Notes: generated by a model from the letters alone, not told the origin. 64,000 nt of DNA from Harriotta raleighana (GCA_050575255.1 JBNZDD010013690.1:4329686-4393685), one strand, 5' to 3'. Positions 23,324 to 38,862 are shown, counted from the first letter of the stretch. A program made the numbers and translations.

Positions 23324-26105
23324 CTGAGAAAAAAGCAACAGTTACAGTATTCAGACCTGCCATGTGGTGTGAATTAACATTTAGATTATCGTATATCCCT
23401 TACAGAAATCTCAAAGCTCTATATAAGTGTAACAAAATAAATCTAAGAACAATAATAAACCTTGCATTTAGAAATTCAAAATTCAAAAAGGATTCAAAAA
23501 GTGTGAAGCCTATGTAATCCAGAAACATTTTTGTTTGCTGTGTTTCATTAGATCACATTTGTCCACAGAGCACACACATACTCCACTTTACAGTATAACC
23601 TTGAAGCGCTTAAGCACTTTGAGGGCATTCTTCTGACATGAAAGGTGTTATATCAAATACAGTATAAGGATTGTATTTCTTATCATGTCTCATACTGACT
23701 CATAACAAGTCTCACTTGTATAATTTTTTTATTGAGAATTGTATTGTACATAAAAGCAGCAGCCAATTTGCCCACTCTAATGTCCCACACAGAGCCATGA
23801 AGTGAATGATTGATTTTATTTGAGGGATCTTTGCCTGGATTTCGGGAGAAATTCCCTTCGCTTTTCAAATAGTGCCAGGGATCTATAACGTCCACTTGAA
23901 CAGGCAGACAGGACTGCAGTTTTGTAATCTCATCTGTAAGAACGGCCCCTCCAACAATGCAGTGTTTCCTATACATCTCAATGGAGTGTCAGTGTATATT
24001 GTGATTTCAAAATCCCAATGTGAGGCTTAAACCATAACCTTCTAATTCAGAGGTGAGAATGGTGGGCTGACTGACGCCTTTCATGTAGAATGATCGTTTC
24101 ATAGCACTTCATAAACATTGTACAATATGCACACTGAACACAGAGAAGAAAGAGAGGATGAACGATTTTACACAAAAGATATGTTTTCAGGAGGTTTTGA
24201 AGGCCAGGTGAGAGAGTAAGCGAGGAAAATAGGGTTTGAAAGAGACTTCCTGGGGACAAGGATTGACAGTTCTACCACTTATGGTGGTATAGAGGGAGTG
24301 AGTAGTGAACAAAACACAAGAATTGAAGGAGCAAATGGTACAAGTCTGGATGACAAAAAGAAGTCTCGCATATGGATTCATTAAAATATTACGAGAAAAT
24401 AGCTTACATATATGGGAAATTCATAATAAAAATGCAAGCACATGTACATTAATTCTAGTTGGACCTTACATACACTGGGAATCACTTTAACAAGGAATAT
24501 AGGAGGTCCCTGTGCTTAAGGAAACTTTACTTGAAACTAATTGACATGAACTATATTTGATAATTTAAAAATAACATAACATCCTCCTTACGTTTTACTT
24601 TTTGGTGATCTCCAAATCAGGCCAACCCAGAAACTAAATTAAGGGTTGCCCAGTGGTTTACAGTTGTTTTTTTTTCATTCCACTTCCTCTCTGTTTCATT
24701 GCCCTTGATTAATATTTCTCTCATTAACCTACCATTTTGGGAAGTTGTTATGTCTGACAGAGTTCCTCCTGTCTGTCATAAGTTTTTGTACACTCTTGCC
24801 AATCATCTTGATTGCACTCATTTAGACCTTAAGGTCAATTGTTAAATACCGAGACTGCGATTAAATACATTTTTGTGAAAAAACAACCAGGTTTAGTTTT
24901 ACAAAAAGAAAAAAAAATCATTGAGTGCCAGAAATTCACTGCAAGTCAATCAGCATCTTAAGGAAAGAGATAGATTAATATTTAAAATAGGATCTTTCAT
25001 CAGAACTCTTTTTTTTCTCAGATTTAATAGCTCCCTGCTTTGATGCACCCATCCGAGTGTAGAAAAACAAATTTGGCAATGCAGTTACTCACAACTGAAG
25101 GAAACTGAATGAGTTTGGTGCTGGAGTGAGAAGCCAGATTTATACAATCCACTCCATAATAGCCAGGGAAAGGAAACAAACACCCCAACTATTGTGCGAC
25201 TCTACGTGCAAATTGTCACACAGACTAAGTGATGGTTCAAGAGATTTGAATGACTGGTTGACTCAAATGGCACCAGTGTCTGGGTGTTTGTACTCCACAC
25301 AAGCCCCTACCTCTCCTATTCCCATCACCTATAACCCTCTACTTCTCTCTCACTAATATATCTGAAATGAACACACCTGATTATTGATAGCCACTTTTCT
25401 GCCTCTTCTAATATAACTACAAAACCAGTAGATTCCAGCAAAAAAAGAAACACACTGAAATTATAATCAGAAATACATAGTCACTTCTCTCCCTCTAGCA
25501 TGGATAGTCCTGATCTGCACAGACTTATGATCAAACTGTATCACATTACACACAAAGATTATGTTTTTTGAACATTATACTTAATGCAAAAGGGTAGGTA
25601 TGGCCCCAAGGAATCCAAAGAAATCTAAAATTATATTGTTTGGTTTATCATAATCTGATAAGCATTGAGTGTGTAATTAGAGATTTAAAATGGGATTTCT
25701 CGATAGGAACTCTGAGTAGCTAGAACAAGGACATCAGACAAAGCCGTGGGAACTCCACTCAACAGGATCTACATTCAGAGCAAAGTGAACTCAGCTTGTG
25801 TGACTCGGCATCTTTGTAGTTACAGTACTATTGTGCACATTTGAGAAGCGCATGATATATATGATACAATAATAATCCTTGATTTGGTACAGTACCTTAT
25901 CATGTCAGAAGGACATCTCAGTGCCCTTCACAAATTTAACGTGCAATAGAGTGACTGTTTTTGTAGGCAAATAGTATATATTATACTGTACTATATATCA
26001 TATTGAAGGATGCCATTGTAGTTGCATTGTAGCCCTTATGTCTTGAAACAAAGCAGAGATTATGAAATAGTAGAGAGCAGGCTGCAGAATCACCAGAAAA
26101 CATAC

Positions 26106-26190
26106 ATCAATCGAAGCTGTAAGCTCAGGTGGCAGCTCTTCAAATGTCTTTAAAGTCCAAGTTTCCTTCTTCATACAAGTATTAATATAC
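26106..26190 (-). CDS. FLT1: FLT1 exon 28, second assembled copy
   Basis: Same sequence as 43428-43512. Confidence 0.7.
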
Positions 26191-26479
26191 CTGCAATGAC
26201 AGACATGTTAAATGCTGGACCCAGACCAACTTTTAAGTGAAGACAAAACATTTTCTTTTAAGTCATTCACCTGGCGATAGTTGTTTCACCAACTGTGGGT
26301 GAGCTGCAAGTTCAAATGGAAGCAGTTTGTCATTCATATCCCACTGAAAGATCAAACCCTTGTACAGAATTATGACTGAACTGTAATATCCTGCTGAGAA
26401 TATTTACCGGTGGCCTCAACAAAGGTATTTGTAACTAGAACGTCTGAATCAACGGATGCCACAGAGTTATATGGGTAAG

Positions 26480-26960
26480 CAGGATGTTCTTAGGAGACGG
26501 ATATCATTCTGAGACTTGCAGCCACCTAAGATGAATGGCGAAAAAGCATTTAATATGGAGAAATGGACGATAATGCCCAACTGTGCAAAAACTAACCAAT
26601 TTGGAGCTTTATTATTAAATGAAGCGTAGCAGGAAAATGATGTGTGTGTTCCAGTGACAAAACGTACAATGACATTGTATTAACATATTAGGTAGTAACC
26701 ACTAAGGCAAATAGAGTGATAGGGGGGCATCCGGTGGTCAATTGACCAAAGGGATAAAAAGCCACATTCCGGAAAGCATTTCTGAGCCATATTAATGTAA
26801 ATGCAGATTGCCAGACTCACTATAAACAGAGCTCCCACCAAGATCCCTGTCATTGGAATTATGAAATACAGTGAGTCACATGGATGTCAGTTAAACAGAA
26901 TAAAAAACACTAATTCAACAAGGGGTTAAAGGGTTTATGAGCTTGATGAATGTTTCTCTT
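26480..26960 (+). mobile_element. Old, degenerate CR1 RT fragment (duplicate at ~43802-44282)
   Basis: Residual W..AFNMEK and KANRVIGGIR-like peptides. Confidence 0.45.
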
Positions 26961-28758
26961 CCCCATTTCCCTTCTAGACTTGGTCTGCCTTCGGAAACCA
27001 AAAATTGTCTGGTGTTTCCAGCTGACGTGTATAGGATCTGCCAAAAACCTCTGCGGTTTGGCTTTTAAGAGGAGTGTGTTGATGTCCAACAGTTCATCTC
27101 CTCATCTCAAACTTATATTCCAACTGAAATCCTAGCACTTTGGTCTACCAGAAGCTAAAGGTCGTGGTTCAAGGCCAGATATTTTGGTCTCTTACATGAT
27201 CATTTCAATATTATTCTTTGTGCTGTGAGTATGATTTGCATTGGATCAGAAATGGAAACAGTAACACATAAATACAACATTTTACAACTCAACATTTTTC
27301 CTTCTTTTCTAAACCCAAGGCAGCAGACCTTTAGTTTGTATTTACAGACGAGTCTTTTCCTCAAACACAATGCAAAACCAACATCAAAGGCTACTATTAG
27401 CCTTGAAATTTGAATCGTGAAAACACCACAGCCAAGCATCCCTCCCCTCTCCTATTCAAACTCCTGTACATATTGTATTCTTTTTACTTGAATTTGAGTT
27501 TAAATTGCGCACAAACTCTATTTTATTTGGTAAGGTTAATAATAAATTTTGTAGTAACTTGGAAATTGCTTTTGAGGAAGTAAGCTCTAAAACGTGGCAA
27601 GTCCTTAATTTACACCAATTGGTTGAAACTCCTTCCAACTCAATCTACTTTCAGATCAGAGTTTGCACAAGGTGGATGAAGTAATACAGGGAAGAATACC
27701 CAATCCTGGATTCTGCAATCCAGCTTGAAATCATGATATCTGTGTCCTATATCCTGATTCTTGATCAACTTTAATTTAGCCTGAACACAATCTCGATGGG
27801 AAAAAAATATCTCTGACATGTTACAACAAAAGAGAAATGAAACATAATTTATTTACAGTCAATATTTTAACTTTCAACACTTAAGGCAGCAAGACACCCT
27901 GTCGGACGTAAAGACACAGTTTAATGTGAACATGTATAGGCGGAGTTGTAAACGGGAAAAACATTTTTTTTTTAAGTGCATCGTTTAGAAGATTTCAATG
28001 AATAACAGTCAGGAGCAGGAATATAAGATGATTTTCTCTTCATTAATACAGGGACAATTCTACCACCCAACTGCTATCTTAGATGGGGTCAACTAATTAA
28101 TAATAATAATCCTTGCATTTGATATAGTCTTCTAGATGTGAAATAACTAACACTCAGATGTTTACAATTATTGGAAGATTTCAGGACAGTAATAGTGAGA
28201 GTACAGCTAAAATGGTGACTTTTATCTGGATCAAATCAATTTGGTAATTAGTGTACAACAACAAAATAACAACATTACATTGGTAGAGCGCCTTTTACGC
28301 TGCAAGGACATCCCAAGGTTCTACCCATGAGGGAGAAGAAAATAGAGGTTGCAATATGGGAGAGAGGGAGAGAGGGTTATAGCAGAGTCAACTCGAGTGG
28401 AGGATAAACACCGACAAGAGCTAGTTATTCCGAGTGTCTTTTATCGTGCTTTACAGTCTATGTAATACAACAACAAAATTACATTTGTATGGTGCCTTGC
28501 TGTAATACTGTTTAGTATGGACCTTAATACAGTATATCAGAATTTATATCATCATTTAGTTTAGGACTGAAGTGAGGGACTCGTTCTGTAAGATGTTGAA
28601 TGTCACAGGTTAGAATCAATAGTCTTGACAGTGACCTATGTAGCACCCACTCTGTAAAACCAGTGATTTTCTCTTGCCTTGACACAGAACCTTTCTTGCG
28701 GAAAATGACCAAACATTTTCTCGAGCCAGTCATGAATAATAGTGAAATGCAACCTCAC

Positions 28759-28898
28759 CCGATACTTCCTGCACGCTCATAATTAATGTTCGAGTTCTCC
28801 ACTCTGTCTCTTAAGCACAAAGCTGCAGGTGCAGGAACTGAACAGTGACCACTGTTTGATACCAGCATGGTGTTCAGTGGAATGTAATCCTTTCCATC
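28759..28898 (-). CDS. FLT1: FLT1 exon 27, second assembled copy
   Basis: Same sequence as 46081-46220. Confidence 0.7.
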
Positions 28899-29541
28899 CT
28901 GCAAGGTAGGAAGGCAACATTTGGTCATTTATTCAATGACTGTTTGTGGGATACTGTTGTGTACAATTGGCAGCTGTGTTTTGCCCACAAAAAACACAGT
29001 CAATCCACTTTGCAGTATATTCCGTGGAGCGTCTCAGCAATGTAATAAGGTGCTTTATCAAATTGCAACGATTATTACTATGATTAATTTAATGTTTTAC
29101 CTCTGCATTGTTTGTACATTAAGCGAAGGCATTACATGGCTGAGAAATAGAATTGGTTTCGCTGTTGCATCTAGTCTGAGCTTCAGTTCTCTCGGTTCAG
29201 CTCAGGCTCAGTCCCACCCTGAAAAATGAGCTACTGGAAGAGCAGGTTGACACCTCCTCTTTCCAGGCTATAACACTCACTTAAAGACCATAAAAAAGGT
29301 GGTTGGTGGGACATTGCTTTGCACAAATTGGCTGCCATGTTTGCCAACAAATACATGGTCACTAAACATTACAGAGAAGCATATACGGGTGTCATTGCAA
29401 AAAAATATGCCATATGCAATGATAATTGTTTTTAGGATAATATTTAACTGAAAAAATACTTGATGGAAATTATTTGTGGGACTTTGAACCTAGTCTTTTT
29501 CTAAGGACATTTAGTGCATTGGATCAATAATATCTGGGTAC

Positions 29542-29647
29542 CTGTTGAACATTTGCCTGCAGTAAATCTCCAAGTCGTCTCACAAGCTCAGAGAAAGTGG
29601 GTCGTTCTTTCGGATCACTGTGCCAGCAGTCAAGCATTGTTTGATAA
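29542..29647 (-). CDS. FLT1: FLT1 exon 26, second assembled copy (inside the 17.3-kb duplication)
   Basis: Same sequence as 46864-46969, offset 17322. Confidence 0.7.
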
Positions 29648-30474
29648 CTAGAAAAATAAACCAATGAAGATTTAGCTGACTTGACTGTAAAATAAGCAGT
29701 TAAAGACAGTAATGTTTCTTATCTTTTTGGTGAAAATCAGCAAGAAAATAATAAACAGACATTCATGTTAATACCACATCACCCACCTCTTACCATACCT
29801 CACACCCAACCAACTGAAGCCCTCGTTCACACATTCATACAAGGAGTCCTGTAATAATAATAATAATAATAATCCTTGCATTTGATATAGTGCTTTTCAC
29901 ATCTTATCAACGTCCCAAAGCGCTTCACAGAATATACTGTAAAGTGAATCGACTGTATATTTGTGGGCAGAACGCGGCAGCCAATTGCGCACAGCAGCGT
30001 CCCCACAAACAGTCATGGATTGAAATGAACAATTTTATTATTGTAGTTTTTTTTGGAGGGATTATTATTAGGCATGTGGAGTAAGGAAACTCCAAGGTTT
30101 CGCCCTGTTCTGCCTGGATTCGAACACCGGCCTCATGCTTGTTAAGGCATGTAAGGTGAGTGCTCTAACCACTGAGCCACAGGAGCTCCACTGTAGCTCA
30201 GTTGTTAGAGTATTCGCCTCACAAACAAGAGATCTGGGCTTGATTCCCGGCAGGTTGAAACCTTGGGTAAGTATCCTTACTCCACATGCCTAATAATAAT
30301 CCCTCAAAAAAAAAATCAATAATAATTTTGTCACTCAATCCACGACTGTTTGTGGGATATTGCCGTGTGCCACAAATATACAGTTAATTCTCTGAAGCAC
30401 GTCTAGAAGATGTGAAAAGCGCTATATCAAATGCAAGGATTATTATTATTATATTATGCCCTCCACACCAGTCT

Positions 30475-30484
30475 NNNNNNNNNN
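30475..30484. other. Assembly gap (10 N)
   Basis: Run of ten n. Confidence 1.
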
Positions 30485-33400
30485 TTCCCTCCTTCACCCT
30501 CCCTGATCCCGAAACCAGCTCGGGTTTGAAACACCTTGGGATCCCCTCCCAACATGAAAGGTGCTATACAAATGTAATTTTTTGTTGTTGTTGCTGTTGA
30601 ATGCAAAACTTTCTCTGTGCGTGATGTAGTTCATCAGAGCAACAGTTCTCAGTGATTAAATTGCACAGGAGCACAGATGACCATGCAGTTTTAATTCAAC
30701 CTCCACATTGAGACTCATACTTAAGGCTGGCAATCCATTGCATTGTCAGAAGTACTGTCCCATCAGGTGATATTTTAACCAAGTTTCTGTCATCCTGTTT
30801 AGATGGATGTTAAAGATCCCATGGCACTATTTGAAAGAGAAGGGAGTTTCACCCGGTGTCCTGATCACCAGTGCCTTTCGCTGGCTGTTTGTTGGAGGGA
30901 TATTGCTGCACAACTTAGATGAAGAGTGTGTCTACAAATACACAGTCACTACACTTTTGAGTATTTGGATGATGTGATGAAACATTGTATGAAATAATAA
31001 TAACAATCCTTGCATTTGATATAGCGCTTTTCACATCTTCTCAACGTCTAAAATCGCTTCACAGAATATACTGTAAAGTTAATTCACTTTATATTTGTGG
31101 GCGAAACAGGGCAGCCAATTGCACATAGCAGTGTCCCACAAAACAGTGATGGATTGAAATGAACAATTTTTGAAAAAAAATTGGGAAGGGATTATTACGT
31201 GTGTGGAGTAAGGAAACTTGCCCAAGGTTTCACCCCGACCTACCTGGATTTGAACACAGATCTCACACTTGTAAGACAAGTGCTCTAACCACTGAGCTAC
31301 AGGATTTATAAAAAATGCATGGATTATTTTATTATACAATTCTGTATTACCCCGCAAACAGTCCACACACAATATCAGCAACAAAACTGCTGCATAATTT
31401 CTCAAGCCTGTGGGTTTTGTAAGCAGAAATCAAACCCCGTTTACAGAGGTTCAAATGCAGATCAAGCCCCACTTAATTGTGGGAAATCTGGTTTGTTCCT
31501 ATTTACACCACAACCCATTTTCTCTTAAGACTTTCTGTGTTCTTATCAAGGTCAAAGGATGACTCCCTCAAGGGAGAGAGTGCTTCATTCCAACAGTTAT
31601 GTCTGGAAAATCCAAGTGTAGGTGGGATGTATGGAAGTTTCAGTTTGGATTGGATACTGTTAAACCCAGTGATGAGTTTCCGCATGTGTCAGACAACTGG
31701 CTGAGCTCCCTCCAATCCCCACCACCCACCCAAACAAATCTGAGCCATGTGAGCTCTGGGATATGATAAGGACCGGTTCCTTCACCATTGAAAAGTATCT
31801 TTGTCGCTCTATGACAAGTCAATCCAATGCAGAAACCGATGTCTGATAAAGTCAGTAAACTGCAGCATGTTTGTCAGGACACCACAGAATCACCATTTTA
31901 TCTATGTTGTATTTTCCAGGGTTGAACTTTAACCCTGCTTTCTGCAATCACAACACATCAAAGACATGTATGTTGTAGATATTCTCTGATTGACTAAGAC
32001 TGGCAGTGGTATCTATTTGCAGCAAACCAGCTTCATTCAGCAGAGAAAAACACCAGTTACTAGCATGTGGCTATGTTTTTAGCCTGGTGAGTACAAACAA
32101 CAACAAAATTACACTTATAGCATCTTTCATGTCAGGAGGATGTCCCAAGGCAATGGACAGTCACTGTGTCAGACCCAAGCTGGGGATGGAGGGAAGGGGG
32201 AGATTAGGAGAGGAGAGTTTTGAGGTGGGCTTGAAGGAAGCCCGGGAGGAGGAGAGGTGGAGGGACTGCAGGATGGAGTTCCGGAGGTTGGGGGCAGAGT
32301 GGCATTCAATGGATCTGCTAATAGTCAGTTTGAGGTGTAACGATCCAACTCCCTCCATCCACCATCCGCTGTACAGGTCATGAGAATCACACAATTGACT
32401 ATCTGACCATGTAAATGTCTGCAATCTACACCGATCAATGTCAGATTTTTGAGATTAAAATACACTTAAACGCACAGGTTTCAATTTCAATGGCTTCTTC
32501 ACTTCCCTTTAAATATAATGTGAATTAGTTCCCATAAGCTTTAAGACAAGTTATGGGCATTTGGAAGTCATGGTGCCCATCTTCACCCTGTGATTGAGCT
32601 GATGCCTACATTTGTCTGAGAGCAACATAATACAGTGAAACGACTCTGCCCTCTGCACTCCCTATATGACCAGTCGCCATTTGAGGAATTATCTGTGCTT
32701 TCCATCAGCAGATGTTAATGTTATTTCACCAACAACAACATTTATATTTCCTCCTCCTGGTTAGATTAGACACATGAAGCCACCTCACAATCACAATGAG
32801 GTCTCCCATATTAATGTAAATAATATTAAAAGACATGATACCTAAGATGCCTCCACCTTTAGCATTTGTGTCATTTAGTTTGTTCATCCTAGTGGTAAGA
32901 ACATAAGAACATAAGATTTAGGAGCGGGATTAGGCCATTCGGCCCTTCGAGCCTAGCCCACCATTCAATAAGATCATGGCTGATCTTTTGACCGAACTCC
33001 AATTACCTGCCCTATCCTCATATCCCCTAATCCCTCTATTTTAAAAAAATCTATCAGTCTCAGCCTTGAAAATGTCCAAGGACTGAGCATCCACAGCCTT
33101 CTGTAGTAGTGAATTCCATAAATTCACTACCCTCTGAGTGAAGAAATGTTTCCTCAACTCTGTTCTAAAAGGCTGACCTTTAATTTTAAGACTGTGACCC
33201 CTGGTTATAGATTCTCCTACCAGGGGAAACAGTCTCTCAGTATCTACTTTATCCAGCCCTTTAAGAATCTTATATGTTTCAATAAGGTCCCTCCTAATTC
33301 TTCTGTACTCTAGAGAATACAGCCCTAGTTTATTCAACCTATCCTCATAGGTCAGTCCCCTCATCCCAGGAACTAACCTAATGAATCTACGCTGCACCTC

Positions 33401-36400
33401 CTCTAAGACAAGTATGTGCTTTTTTAAATAAGGAGACCAAAACTGCACACAATACTCTAGGTGCGGTCTCACTAAAGCCCTATACAGTTGCAGCAAGACT
33501 TCCCTACTCTTGTACTCTAAACCTTTTGAAATGAACACTAGCATGCCGTTCGCCTTCTTAGTTGCTTGCTGCACCTGCAAACTAACTTTTTGAGACTGGT
33601 GTACAAGGACACCCAAATCCCTTTGAATCTAACCTCTCGCCCTCTAGAAAATAATCTATTATTTTATTTTTGCCAACTAGGTGAATAATTTTTCACTTGC
33701 CCACATTAAATTCCATCTGCCACATACTTGCCCACTCCCCTAGCCTATCTATATCTTGTTCCAATCTTTTTGCATCTTCCTCAATACTCACTCTACCTAC
33801 CTAGTTTAGTGTCATCGTGAATTTAGACACATTACATTCAATGTCCTCATCCAGATCATTGATGTAAATAGTAAATCGCTAAGGCCCAAGCATTGATCCT
33901 TGTGTCACTCCACTAGTTACATCTATTTGGTCTGTTTGTTTATATTAGTCAAGAGAATGGGAAGCATTAATTGCAAATTCTGCTTACGATTTCCACATTG
34001 ATGTCCAACGTTATTATTGTAAGCCATGGAATATTAAGTGGGGGACAGAGTGCAATTGGACTTTTCCTGTTTCTGAATTGATTGCTCCACTCTTCCTCCA
34101 TATTCCTTGATAATAATAATTCCTGCATTTGATATCACACCTTTCATGTCAGGAGAATATCTTGAAGCACTTTCCAGGATTTTCTATTTTGTAGCTGAAT
34201 GGAGTAGCCAATTTTGGGTGCAGTAAGGTTCCACGAACAGCTACTGAAGTAGATGATCAATTTTATCTGGGTGAGTATTGGCCTGAACATCAGGAGAAAC
34301 TCCCTTCTCTTTTCAAATAGTGCTACTGGATCTGTAATGGCAGACAAGACCTTGGTTTTACATCTCATTGGAAAGACCGTGAAGGGCTGTCCCAGGATTG
34401 TCAACATAGATCATGAGTTCAACGCCCCACAACCATCTGGCTCAGAGGTGAAAGTGCTACTAACTGAGACACTGTAATACCCAATGTAACCATTCTGCAG
34501 CTAAGAAACAATACTCAAACATGACCTTTAGAAAACAAAAGGGACTGAAACATCAGGAGTAGTCAAATGGTCCTGACATACAGTATCTTAAAATTGAGGT
34601 TGTTCATTCCCATCCAATTCCATCTTACCCGAGTTACACAGCAATGTTGTACAACAACAACAAAATTAGATTTATAGAGCGCCTTTCACGTCAGGAGGAC
34701 GACCCAAGGCACTGAAGAGGCATGTAAAGGTTGAAGAGGAGGGGACAGAGGAAAGAGACTTGAGGCATGCTGCACGAGATGGTGCGGGCACTGGAAGAGA
34801 AACTGTTGACAGAGACAGAATGGACTCGGTGTGAGAGGTAGGACCTGAATGAGTCAAGGAAAGAACCTTGAAGGTTGAGGTGAGAAGAGAGGTGAAGAGG
34901 GAGGAGGATTGAGTGGTCCATGGTATCGAAGGGAGGTCCCGATATGAAAGGCGCTCTAGAAATGTAATTTTGTTGTTGTTTTGTATTCTATTGAAGGCGA
35001 TTGAGTGGTCCATGGTGTCGAAGGCACCTAAGTCTGGATAAGATTGGACACTGGCTTAATTAGCTATTGGAAATCATTTTTATAATAATAATAATCCTTG
35101 AATTTAATATGGTATGTTACCACATGTTCGCGACATCTCAAAGTGCTTCACAAAATATATCATAAAGTGAATTGACTATATTTTCTGGATGAAACATGGT
35201 CTTAAATTGCGCACAGCAGTATCCCACAAACATTGATGGGTTGAGTAACCATATTAGAATTTGTATAATAGAAGTATATTTTACATACTCGGATTTCTTT
35301 CTAACACATTATTTTATTTATGTTATTAATGACCTACCTGATATAAGGGAATATAAAACCAGATGGGGAAACTGCTTGGAAAAGATACAAACATTGTGTT
35401 TTTCTACTTTTATTATGACTGCATACAGTACTAAAATACTTTATATCCAAAATAGGTACAGTATATCACTTGATGAAATGGTTTTTAAAAAATTACTTTG
35501 CAGCTCTATTACCAGATTCTTGCTTGAAACTTTGGGCTGAAATTGAGGACATTTCACATTGCATTCCTGAGACCAGGTTACATGTTTCAGCCCACAATCA
35601 CAGCTTGGCCTCATTGCAAAAAAAGCTCTGATTTTTATCTTTGACTCTTCCCACCTTCTCAGAATCCACAACAGGCCGAGCCACAGCTCCAAGCTGACTT
35701 TTCCCAAAAATCGGGCAAATTCTAGCAGCAAAAATACAATGTTGAAGCTATTTTAAGGCTGGTTTTGCATTCGCACAATAACAAATGCAGGCAGACTATT
35801 TTAGAGAACTGGCCGCTCAAGGTATTTTTGGGGCATCACTTCAAATAATTGGTGGCAAAGCAATCAGATGAACCATGAAAGTTCCTAACTTGAGCTTGAG
35901 GTCCCACATGCCCCTTCATCCAACTGTGCTGTAACTGTTAATGTTAACATTATTGTCCCGACTTGAAAGGCTTCACACAACAACAAATTTATATAGTGCC
36001 CACCACGCCAGATGGCATCTCACAACACTTAATGTAATTTTGTTGCTGTTGTTATTTTGAGTATTGTACTGTAACTTTTTAATCTTAGATTTAATTCTCG
36101 TATGTAATTATGATACAGTTCACATTTTATATGTCGTATTTTCGCATCTGGAGAACATGTCAAAGTGCTTTACACAGCTGGGTTGGGGGTGGACGGGGAG
36201 GCGGGAGGTTGAAAGGTGACTGAAGGAGCACTTTGAAAGTGTGGAGAAAGGAGGCTGGTGGGAGGAATAACTGTCAATCGGTACAGGTTTGGTATCAAAC
36301 TGTCATTTGATACAGGATTTTGTACTTCGTAGTTGAAGGGGGCAGCCAATTTGAAGCACAGCAAATTTCCACAAACAGCCATTGAAGTGAATGATCAATT

Positions 36401-37722
36401 TTATCTGGGCGATTGTTGGCCTTTTGCTATGTTGGCTATCTAGAGCTCTATACAATTTCAGAGCAGGAAGTGTAACTGTTTTTGCATCCACAACAACAAC
36501 ATTACACTTGTATAGCATCTTTCACATCGGGAGGACGCCCCAAAGAGCTGAACAGTCAGATCGGGACCCAAGCAGGTGGGGGGGGAGGGTCGGGGGTAGG
36601 GGGAGGTGGAAGGAGAGGGGGAAGAGTCAGGGGGAAGCCGAAGGCGCGGTCGAAATCGCTTTACTTCTAGCTGTGTAAACGGGATGTAAATTGTCAAAAA
36701 AAAAGCGAGTGACGCTGTCTGCTAATGCATTCCGCTAATGTATTGGCAAATAAAATGGATATAAACCATTCAGATTGTCCAGGTAGGTCAAATCATGATT
36801 GCGGTAAATCTATTCAATGTCATGTTCCTTTTAACAGAAGGAATTGCAATGTCTTATCCCTTAAGAGGAATGTACTATTCTCCAAGCAGATTTTGGTTCA
36901 TATCTGTCCGTAACCTTCATACAAATAATAATAATAATAATAATACTTGCAATTAATACAGCACCTTATCATGTGGTTGAGATGACTTAAAGCTCTTCAC
37001 AGAATATATTGTAAAGCGGATTGATTGTATAGAGCTCTAGATTCGCCAATCAACTAACAACTGGGTTCCTACTTATTCTAGGTAAACAGAGGTGTCTGGA
37101 GAAAGGAAACACAACAAGGTTTCACCCTACAACACCAACTACATTTATATACCAGGATTGGGGAGGGTGGAGGCTAAAGGGCAGGGGGGGTGGAAGGTGG
37201 GGAAGGATGTTATAATAATAATAATAATCCTTGCATTTGATATAGCGCTTTTCACATCTTATCGAAGTCCCAAAGCGCTTCACGAAAAATACTGTAAAGT
37301 GAATTGACTGTATATTTGTGGGCGGAACGCGGCAGCCAATTGCGCACAGCAGCGTCCCACAAACAGTCATGGATTGAAATGACCAATTTTATTATTGTGT
37401 TTTTTTTGGAAGGACTATTGTTAGGCATGTGGAGTAAGGAAACTTGCCCAAGGTTTCGCCCTGATCTGCCTGGATTCGAACACAAGTCTCATGCTTGTAA
37501 GGCGAGTGCTCTAACCACTGAGCTACAGGAGATCAAAAGTACGGTCGAAGAGGAGGGCCTCGAGGTGGATTTTGAAGGAGGTAAGGGATGGGGCAAGGTG
37601 GCAGGACAGCGAATGGAGTTTTTCATATTAAGAGCACAAAGGAATTGGAGAAAGCTATTCTAAATTATGTTTTCTAAGCTACAAACAAAATACAATCTTG
37701 TATCGTAATAGAACTCTAATTT

Positions 37723-37728
37723 TTTATT
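37723..37728 (-). terminator. FLT1 polyadenylation signal AATAAA (duplicate at 20401-20406); 3'UTR ~1.15 kb
   Basis: TTTATT on +. On - it is preceded by several TGTA motifs (including TGTATATA) and followed by GT-rich tattttgtttgtag; SINEs start just beyond. Confidence 0.65.
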
Positions 37729-38862
37729 AGGTATATACATCTTAGATACAATGTTCATTATGAGTGAATACAAAATTATATATAAAGTAAATACAATGCC
37801 TAAATAGTCAATATTAGATACATTCATACATACAATATTTTAGTTTATCCTATTATCAATTTAAATGGAGTAATACATTTCAAATCCAGTGGATGGCACT
37901 AAAGGTATATATTTCCCATCACCAAACATTCACATTTCATTGTCATAGATTGAGTATCTGAGTTTGGTGATGTTGACAGCAGGTTATTTTTCATGTACAT
38001 GATAAGGAAATGATTGAAAAACTGTGTAAAGCACTAAAACGATCCATCCCAATTATCTGAATGTAAAGCAAATAGTGAAATGACATGAGACAGCTTCGAC
38101 CCAGATACCAGGAGTCACGGTTCCACATCACAAAGCTGGCAATAATGTGGATAATGAAACTCGCACAAGCTCTAAAGATGGTCAGTGACCTACCTATCTA
38201 TATTCCTTCTCCACTCCACTAGTGACTAGTGCACCTCATACTTACTGATCTCTACCCAGACCCTGATATGTGGGGATTTATTTCTGCATATCATCTACCC
38301 GGATTCTCCTCTGCTCACCCCCTGATCTAGTGCTATTTCCATTCCATTTTCCATTCAGTGAAAACCTCAACAATCTTCCCTGCATCTCCCAATAATACGG
38401 CCATGGTGTGTGTCATGTTTCATTTCATTGCTTGTGTAGAAAATGAAACGTCATACTTACACTGGAAAGGGGATCTGGTACAGATCAGTTAAAGCCACAC
38501 TGTTCAGGACTGTAGACAGGTGTAAACTGCACCATATCTAACCAGGAAATGCTACACATGTTCACAAGGTGAAAAGAGAAATTATATTCCATTTTCAGCA
38601 TTGTCTTACCTTCATAAGCCCTACATACTCTCATGCCCTCACCCACACTCCCTCTCTCCAAGGCTGGTTTGATAGCACTTGATGTTAATGCATCAGTCCT
38701 GTACTGGACACACTTCACACGCAATTGCTACAAGGGAATGGTACACTTATGCTTTAACACTGGAAGAGCAGTAAAGAAAACTTGTTGGTGAGGGGATGCT
38801 GCAACCTTGGGAATGTATAGATTTTCTGTTCGGTGGATGGGAGTGAAGTATCCTTTCTTTAA

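Larger units (their letters stand above)
13163..30474 (+). repeat. 17,312-bp direct repeat, copy 1
   Basis: Every ORF-track entry recurs identically at +17322; ends at the 10-N gap. Confidence 0.97.

Noticed and set aside
21541-29647. A second VEGFR paralogue or pseudogene
   Set aside because: No visible divergence from the other copy, even in introns, and the junction is an N gap
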